DNA of 64,000 nucleotides, taken from contig JAIRRY010000026.1 of NCBI GenBank assembly GCA_031255735.1, positions 13,524 through 77,523 on the forward strand, given 5' to 3'. A program made the position numbers and the translations under genes. The notes below the pieces were generated by a model. The model was given only the letters and a program-made list of their open reading frames with translations, did no database searches and was not told where the DNA came from. Positions 57,646-64,000 of the stretch are shown one piece after another; the stretch's first letter is position 1, and every line of letters begins with the position of its first letter. Origin of the DNA: Candidatus Nomurabacteria bacterium. GTDB taxonomy: Bacteria; Patescibacteriota; Saccharimonadia; Saccharimonadales; Saccharimonadaceae.

Positions 57646-60219
57646 TTACGACCTAAGCTTTTTGACAAGTTTAGAAATTGCAGCTGTGACGATAAGTGCC
57701 AAAACCGCAGCGATTCCAGCAAACACTGCTGGTGAATCTCGTACTATGCTGGTGATCTTCCCCAGTCCAGTATTGGGCGTGAGCGGCGTAGTTGAGCCAG
57801 GCCCCCCTGAGCCAACTGATGCACTGGGGCAAAATTCACAAGTTGAACTTGGTTGAGCGTTAAGAGTTTGTGTGGTCAATACGGGGGCACCGCGCACATC
57901 CGTCCAGCTCGATATTAAGCTTTGACCTAACGCTACTAATGCTTGTTGCGTCGCAGGGTCGGTGCTAAGCGCCGATAGGTCTGTCGTCACCATTTGTGAA
58001 ACTAGCCCAAGCCCACCGCTAAGATTACCAAACAAGCTGTTCGACGAGCCGTGAACCGCCACGTGATTGGCTGGATCACTATAACCAGTTTGTAAAGCAG
58101 TGCTACTCGGCACCAACGGAAAATCAGTATTACTTGTGACAGCAAAATTATTAGCTACTGTATAACCGCGTAATGTGTGGCTTACACCAGCACTATCTTG
58201 CACCGTATACCCATTAAGGAAATTTTTATTAAACCCAATGCAACCATTTGAGCTAAGCCCATAATACTCGCTGTATGCAGTAGGAGCATCGCACACGGTT
58301 TTACTCAGAGCCGCCTCAAGGCTGTGCATACTCTGATTTACCTCTGCGCCAGAACCACCAACTAAACCAAATAACTTGCCGATAGCAATTGTAGTATAAC
58401 CAGAAGATGGCGAATACCTACTAAAACTTATCGAGCTATCTTGACTAGTATACGTGGCCTCCCAACTGCGAGTATAATATCCTTCGGTTTGATAGTTTTG
58501 GCTATTATAATTAGGCGTCGACTTCTTTAACTCCCATAAGTTCGTATCCCAGGTTTTGCCTAGGTAACTAGAGGCGCTCAGGTCGTTGTTATAAGTTATA
58601 TCATCACCGCTTTTCCCGTTAACGCGGATCTTGCCCGCATAATAAGTGTTAACAGCCGTATCGTATAAATAACCAGCAATGCCACCAATACCAGTTCGCG
58701 CATAGTCAAAACCAGTATCCAAGTAGCGCATTTCCACGCTGTTAGCAACGCCAAAATCGGTTGGCAAAGCGTACTCATAAGTTACGCTATCAATCATTTT
58801 GATATCGATGTCCGACGATGAATAAGAATTAAGGATGCAAGCCGCGATACCGCGGATATCGTCGCTACGCCCAACCAAACCGCCTATATATAAGTAACCG
58901 TAGGCCGAGGTTGTGCCAAACTCATTTATGAATATCCCGTCCAGGCCACTGATATTTTTGACAGCGTCAACGGCCTTCCCTATATCATCGGTTATTTTTG
59001 TAGCATCAAGGTCGATCTTAGTGCTACTAAAACCGTTCATAATAGCACTGTGATAATTGTCGCCCACTAGACCTCCGATATTGATGCCCAGTTCCATACT
59101 AGCATACTGACGATACGAATAGCCCGACGAGCCTATATAACAGTTGGGCCAAGCACCTTGTTGAGGTGCGCAGCCAAGATGTCCAGTAGGAATATTGCCT
59201 GGATTGACCCGCGGCTCTATTGCAATATGCCCGCCTGCCGAGTGAGCGGAAATTAGATAATTAAAACCCGACAGATAACCTACTAATCCGCCCACCGATA
59301 ACGTTGCAGGGTCGAACTTAATATCAATATTAGGATCACTTACTGAGTTGCCTATGATCATTGAATATCTGGCTGTGCCAATTAACGAGCCAATAATCTC
59401 AATGCGGCGTGTGTTCAGCCAATATGCATTGTTTTTGTAAGCTGGGTCATTACATGATTGTCCAATTGCTACTGAACTGTAGCCAGCAGACATCAAACCC
59501 ACCATAGAACTGCAGATATCAGTTTGCTTGTCGATGATAATTTCTGGTGCAACTAGCTTGAAGTTTGTTACTTGAGCTTTATAAACCTCGCCAAACAAAC
59601 CAACAGCTGCGCCGTTTGTGAAGCCACCCTTATATTCACATTTTTCTAGATAATCTGTGTCACCAGGTTGAATTGAGCCATCACCACAGCCCGCATCGTA
59701 AGCTTCGTTGAATACTAACTTGTTAGCTTCGGTATATGTATTGTAGATTTTCATGCCTTTAATAGCCACGTGGTTGCCGTCAATGTGCGCTGCAACGTCG
59801 TCTAAAAATACCGATCCATTTTCGCTACCGTATAGATTAACTGGTGTCCAATAATGCGCGCTGAGGTCAATTTCGTTCAAAGTTTGGAAACAGTCTGGCC
59901 CAAGTTTAATATATTTGCCCGCTAGCGAGCCATCGCTACCGATCATATTCAGATAAGCTAGCTCAGCGGCACTGGTTATAACATAAGGGTGATCTTTGTC
60001 GCTACCAGGTTTCACTGGATATTTACTATAGCGCGGTAAGTTGGTATTCAACCATTTACCGTCGGCATGGTCGACCCAATTGCCAGAAGTTTTGGCCGCA
60101 GATGTGCTGGTGCGCGGTGCGCTAAACACCAATCCGCAGAAGGTCATTACTGCTATTGCCAACAATACGCGTGTTACATTAAAAAACCTGGTGACTTTTT
60201 TGAAGGCTAGTGATTTCAT
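57646..60219 (-). CDS. large surface protein with GLUG-type repeats and PxTG sorting-signal-like C-terminus
   Basis: 857 aa with a signal peptide. GGLVG-type motifs recur (SVGGLVGYLSG, NIGGLVGDNYH, YIGGLVGRSDD, GIGGIAGYLYD). The C-terminal LTPNTG is followed by a hydrophobic helix and KLVKKLRS. Confidence 0.65.
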   Translation of the reverse strand: MKSLAFKKVTRFFNVTRVLLAIAVMTFCGLVFSAPRTSTSAAKTSGNWVDHADGKWLNTNLPRYSKYPVKPGSDKDHPYVITSAAELAYLNMIGSDGSLAGKYIKLGPDCFQTLNEIDLSAHYWTPVNLYGSENGSVFLDDVAAHIDGNHVAIKGMKIYNTYTEANKLVFNEAYDAGCGDGSIQPGDTDYLEKCEYKGGFTNGAAVGLFGEVYKAQVTNFKLVAPEIIIDKQTDICSSMVGLMSAGYSSVAIGQSCNDPAYKNNAYWLNTRRIEIIGSLIGTARYSMIIGNSVSDPNIDIKFDPATLSVGGLVGYLSGFNYLISAHSAGGHIAIEPRVNPGNIPTGHLGCAPQQGAWPNCYIGSSGYSYRQYASMELGINIGGLVGDNYHSAIMNGFSSTKIDLDATKITDDIGKAVDAVKNISGLDGIFINEFGTTSAYGYLYIGGLVGRSDDIRGIAACILNSYSSSDIDIKMIDSVTYEYALPTDFGVANSVEMRYLDTGFDYARTGIGGIAGYLYDTAVNTYYAGKIRVNGKSGDDITYNNDLSASSYLGKTWDTNLWELKKSTPNYNSQNYQTEGYYTRSWEATYTSQDSSISFSRYSPSSGYTTIAIGKLFGLVGGSGAEVNQSMHSLEAALSKTVCDAPTAYSEYYGLSSNGCIGFNKNFLNGYTVQDSAGVSHTLRGYTVANNFAVTSNTDFPLVPSSTALQTGYSDPANHVAVHGSSNSLFGNLSGGLGLVSQMVTTDLSALSTDPATQQALVALGQSLISSWTDVRGAPVLTTQTLNAQPSSTCEFCPSASVGSGGPGSTTPLTPNTGLGKITSIVRDSPAVFAGIAAVLALIVTAAISKLVKKLRS

Positions 60220-60312
60220 TCGTCGTTAAAACGACCTTTCTCTCTCGCGCGGTTGTATTTTTTCAATCTCTACCAGATTATATTATCTAACCATATTTAC
60301 AAAGTCAACGCG

Positions 60313-62316
60313 TTATGTTTTGGTAACAAACTGCGCTTTATATAACCCGGCATAAAACCCATCGGCTGCCAAGAGTTCCTGGTGGCTCCCTTGTTCAACG
60401 ATACCTCCGTTGTTCATAACAAGTATTAAGTCGGCGTTTTTGATGGTACTCAGGCGGTGCGCAATCACGAAACTAGTGCGCCCTTTTGTTAATTTTTCCA
60501 TAGCATTTTGAATAAGTACTTCAGTGCGAGTGTCAACCGAACTTGTCGCTTCGTCGAGAATTAGCATTGGCGCGTCGGCTAGCATGGCGCGCGCGATAGT
60601 TAGCAACTGCTTTTCACCAACGCTAATATTTTCGCTATCTTCTTCAATTCGCGTGTCATAAGACTTTGGCAAAGCTTGCACAAAATGATCAACGTGAGCA
60701 GCCTCAGCAGCTTTCTTGACGTCGTTACGACTAGCCTTTAAATCGCCGTATGTTAGATTTTCTTTAATTGTGCCGCTAAATAACCACGTATCTTGTAGAA
60801 CCATGCCGAATTTATCACGCACGTCGGAACGTTCCATATCGCGCGTATTAATCCCGTCAATCGTAATCTCGCCACTGTCTGGATCGTAAAAACGCATCAG
60901 CAGATTTACAATCGTAGTTTTACCCGCACCAGTTGGCCCAACAATGGCCACTTTATGCCCAGGCTTAATGCGCGCCGAGAAGTTTTTGATGATCGGCTGG
61001 CCTGGCTCGTAGCCAAAATGCACGTTCTTAAATTCTACCTCGCCTTTCACAATGCTAAGCTTAGTAGCATCCTGCCTGTCGGGCACTTCTTCAGTTTCTT
61101 CAAGAAATTCAAACACTCTCTCTGCAGCCGCCACGGTGGATTGCAACAGATTAGTAATCTGCCCCACCTGCACAATCGGCTGGTTAAATTGGCTAACGTA
61201 TTGTATAAAAGCCTGTATATCACCAATGCTAAGACGCCCGTTCAGGGCTAGCCAGCCGCCCGCCACGGCCGTCGCTACGTAACCCAAGTTACTAATAAAG
61301 TGCATCACTGGCATCATTAAGCCGCTCATAAACTGCGACTTCCAAGTGCTTTCGTAAAGCTTGCTGTTTACCGCGTCAAAATGCTTCTCGGCCTCAGCTT
61401 CGCCCGAGAAGGCTTTAACAATAGTTTGGCCAGCATAGTTCTCTTCAATGTGACCATTTAGCGTGCCAATACGATTTTGTACGTTTTTAAAGTGCTTCTG
61501 CGATTTTTTAGTTATGAAGCCTACAAAACCAAAACTCAGCGGTAGCACCAGTAGCGCAATGATAGTGAGCTGCCAGCTGATAGTTAGCATCATAACCAGA
61601 ATTCCAAACAGCATAATCACAGCCGAAATAGCCTGCCCGAACACCTGGTTAAGCGACTGTCCTACCGTATCGACATCGTTGGTCACACGACTCAGTACAT
61701 CGCCGTACTGGTGGCGGTCAAAATAACTAATCGGCATGCGATTAATCTTAGCGCTTAGATCTTTTCGCATCTTATAAACTATGTTTTGCGTTATGCTAGT
61801 GCCGACCCAGCCGCTTACATAATAGGCTAGTGCGCTAACTAAATAAAGCGCAACGAGCAGCAACGCGATTTGCCCTAGTACCTCGTAATGGAACCTGGGT
61901 TTCTCACTAAGATCAAGGTTCTCAACGAGCTCTTTCTGGGCTTCGGGAACTTCGCTAAACTTGCCCGTGTCGCCCATCTGCTGAGCAAGTTCCTTAACAG
62001 TCGTACCTTTCGGCAATTTCACATCTTTAGGCAACTTTTCGTGCACAGCATCATAAACTTTTGCCGAAATGTAATCGTCAACAATTTGATTTGTCATATT
62101 TCCCAAAATCTTTGGGCTAACAATGTCAAACACAGTAGCGGTAATTGTTAACGCCACCATCACAGCGATAGCACCCAGATTCGGCTTAAGCAGGCCAAGT
62201 AACTTACCTAGTGACTTTTTAAAATGCTTTGGCTTCTCGGCCGTCATCATCACGGGCCCGCCATGGTTTACTGAACCATTTCTTTTGTGCGACTCGTTCT
62301 TCGGCTTGTCCGTCAC
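60313..62316 (-). CDS. ABC exporter, fused TMD-NBD (MdlB/type I exporter half-transporter)
   Basis: Walker A GPTGAGKTT, signature VGEKQLLTIARA, Walker B MLILDEATSSVD and H-loop IAHRL. It overlaps the partner gene by 4 nt. Confidence 0.9.
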   Translation of the reverse strand: MTDKPKNESHKRNGSVNHGGPVMMTAEKPKHFKKSLGKLLGLLKPNLGAIAVMVALTITATVFDIVSPKILGNMTNQIVDDYISAKVYDAVHEKLPKDVKLPKGTTVKELAQQMGDTGKFSEVPEAQKELVENLDLSEKPRFHYEVLGQIALLLVALYLVSALAYYVSGWVGTSITQNIVYKMRKDLSAKINRMPISYFDRHQYGDVLSRVTNDVDTVGQSLNQVFGQAISAVIMLFGILVMMLTISWQLTIIALLVLPLSFGFVGFITKKSQKHFKNVQNRIGTLNGHIEENYAGQTIVKAFSGEAEAEKHFDAVNSKLYESTWKSQFMSGLMMPVMHFISNLGYVATAVAGGWLALNGRLSIGDIQAFIQYVSQFNQPIVQVGQITNLLQSTVAAAERVFEFLEETEEVPDRQDATKLSIVKGEVEFKNVHFGYEPGQPIIKNFSARIKPGHKVAIVGPTGAGKTTIVNLLMRFYDPDSGEITIDGINTRDMERSDVRDKFGMVLQDTWLFSGTIKENLTYGDLKASRNDVKKAAEAAHVDHFVQALPKSYDTRIEEDSENISVGEKQLLTIARAMLADAPMLILDEATSSVDTRTEVLIQNAMEKLTKGRTSFVIAHRLSTIKNADLILVMNNGGIVEQGSHQELLAADGFYAGLYKAQFVTKT

Positions 62317-64000
62317 TCAGCACCTTCCATTTCGACTCTCATTTCATCTTCACTAAGCTGCGATTCAGCAATTTCGCGATAAACTTTACAACTTTTTAAC
62401 AAGCTTTGATGATCGCCAATACCCGCAACCTTACCTTTGTCTAGCACTACAATCTGTTCAGCGTGTTTGATAGTGCCCACGCGCTGCGCCACAATCAGCA
62501 CCGCGGCTTTCTTGGTAACTGGCTTTAAGGCCTCGCGAAGCGCTAGGTAGGTTTTAAAATCTAGCGCGCTAAAACTATCGTCGAAAATATAAACTTCGGG
62601 ATCTTTGGCCACGGCGCGAGCAATGCTAAGCCGTTGTTTTTGCCCGCCGCTCACATTGCTGCCACCCTGCGCAATATGTGCATTAAATTTACCCTCCATT
62701 TTTTCCACAAAATCGTAAGCCTGAGCAATCTTTGCCGCACGTTTTACTTGCTGCTCGCCCGCTTCGTTAGCGCCAAAAGCGACATTGCTTTCAACCGTAC
62801 CACTAAACAGCACGCCCTTCTGCGGAACATAGCCAATCTTACTCATCAAATCCGCCTGATCGTAATCACGAACGTTAACTTCGTCTACCAAAACGCTACC
62901 TTTAGTAGCGTCGTAAAAACGCGGCACTAAATTAACTAATGTCGATTTACCCGAACTAGTCGAGCCGATAAAAGCCGTAGTTTCACCAGGCTTGGCCGTA
63001 AAACTAATATTTTTCAACACGGGCTCATCAGCGCCTTCATAAGCAAACGACACATTCTTGAATTCCACTGTGCCGCGCATGCTATTTTTTGCTTTTTTGG
63101 GCTTTTTCGCAGGCTTAATACTGAGTGGCGTGTCGACAACTTCAGTAATACGCTTCCAACTCACCACCGCACGCGGCACCATAATAAACGCTATCGTAAG
63201 AAACATAAAGCTCATCATTACCTGCATGGCATATTGCATAAAGGCCATCATGTTACCAATTTCAATCGCACCACTGTCTATGAACCCAGCGCCGACCCAG
63301 ATTACCAGCAGCATAGTGAAATTTAAAATTAGCTGCACGAACGGGAACATCACTACCATCACACGGTTAATGAATAAGTTAACGCGAGTCAACTCTTTGT
63401 TGGCAGCATCAAACTTTTTCTCTTCGTGACGCTCATTATTAAAAGCGCGCACCACACGTAAACCAGTTAGGTTCTCACGCGTCACTAAGTTCAGTTTATC
63501 AATTAGCTTTTGCAGAATCTTAAACCTGGGCAACGCCAAAGCAAACACTGTAGCTATAACTACCAGCAAGGCCGCCACAGCCAACATGATAATCCAGCTC
63601 ATGCCAGGCGCGGTGCTCAGGGCTCGCACGATTGCGCCCACACCCATGATCGGCGCCTGACAACTCATACGTAAAACCATGGTTGTAACCATCTGCAATT
63701 GTGTCACGTCGTTTGTGGTGCGCGTAATTAGGCTGGAAGTTGAGAATTTATCAATCTAGCTAATCGAAAAGCTCATTACTGTCTTGAACACATCTTCACG
63801 CAGCCTAAGCGCTAAGTGTGCACCAATACGTGCCGCCAAAAAACCTGCGAGTAGCATGCCAGCACCGCCAACTAATGTGACCACCAACATTGATAAACCT
63901 TGCCGAATAATGAAATCTTGGTCGCCGCCCACAATGCCCTGATTAACAATTTGGCTCATCATGTCGGGCAGTTCTAAACTGCTCCACACCTGTAAGCCTA
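62313..64000 (-). pseudogene. ABC exporter half-transporter (MdlA-like) interrupted by one in-frame TAG; continues beyond the window
   Basis: NBD motifs GSTSSGKST, SGGQKQRLSIARA and VYIFDDSFSALD. The two track ORFs 63756-63989 and 62313-63707 are in the same frame. A single TAG at 63756-63758 separates them (...VMSFSIS-TAG-IDKFSTSSLITRTTNDVTQLQ...). Confidence 0.7.

Noticed and set aside
1-64000. Alternative genetic code (UGA or UAG reassignment), considered because the gene content looks CPR-like
   Set aside because: Long, motif-verified genes end at TGA (murT, the SipW fusion), TAA (the 1656-aa gene, dinB) and TAG (the 738-aa gene). Their lengths are normal, and only one in-frame stop was found. 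The standard bacterial code fits.

Overview
The window is a gene-dense bacterial segment, mostly on the minus strand, with no rRNA and no CRISPR array. Gene content suggests a reduced-genome, cell-surface-rich organism. It has many secreted repeat proteins, a MurT/GatD pair, ThyX, a short class IIb Asp/Asn-tRNA synthetase and few metabolic genes. That fits Patescibacteria/CPR, possibly Saccharibacteria, but this placement is inference only.

Recognisable core genes:
- DNA repair and replication: ruvB-ruvA, ruvC, a Y-family polymerase.
- Cell wall: L,D-transpeptidase, murT-gatD, murC-like ligase, GT39-like glycosyltransferase.
- Other: Clp-type AAA+ ATPase, YebC, thyX, Asp/Asn-tRNA synthetase, DsbA-like proteins, a class V aminotransferase, three ABC transporter sets.
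- Eight tRNAs: Pro-CGG, Pro-UGG, Pro-GGG, Val-CAC and three CAU tRNAs.

Most interesting part: an AT-richer island of about 10 kb (about 4.2-14.45 kb). It lies between a truncated histidine-phosphatase gene and tRNA-Pro(CGG).
- It carries phage-terminase and rve-transposase remnants but no integrase.
- Imperfect direct repeats of about 145 bp bracket an 8-kb cassette. Each repeat ends in a copy of the 3' end and terminator flank of tRNA-Pro(UGG).
- The cassette has two back-to-back genes. One encodes a 1656-aa fusion protein (DIT1/PvcA-like isonitrile-synthase-like, APH-type kinase, degenerate protein kinase, HAD-IIB, GNAT). The other encodes a 738-aa protein with an arylamine-N-acetyltransferase-like Cys-His-Asp N-terminus.
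- I read this as a candidate undescribed small-molecule biosynthesis or modification module.

Other notable signals:
- A SipW-type (ER/archaeal-type) signal peptidase is fused to a polytopic membrane domain. It sits in an operon with a TasA/camelysin-like protein and a 2-TM protein. A convergent RCC1-propeller protein carries the same N-terminal module.
- A 1-kb single-gene insertion (OMP-decarboxylase-family gene with a C9 tract) is flanked by perfect 18-bp direct repeats that duplicate the 3' end of dinB.
- A promoter-hairpin-terminator module, a candidate small RNA, occurs twice next to tRNA-linked AT-rich DNA.
- An ABC transporter gene has an in-frame TAG.
- A flavoprotein disulfide-reductase homolog lacks the redox cysteines.

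All family assignments come from motifs read by eye. No searches were run.
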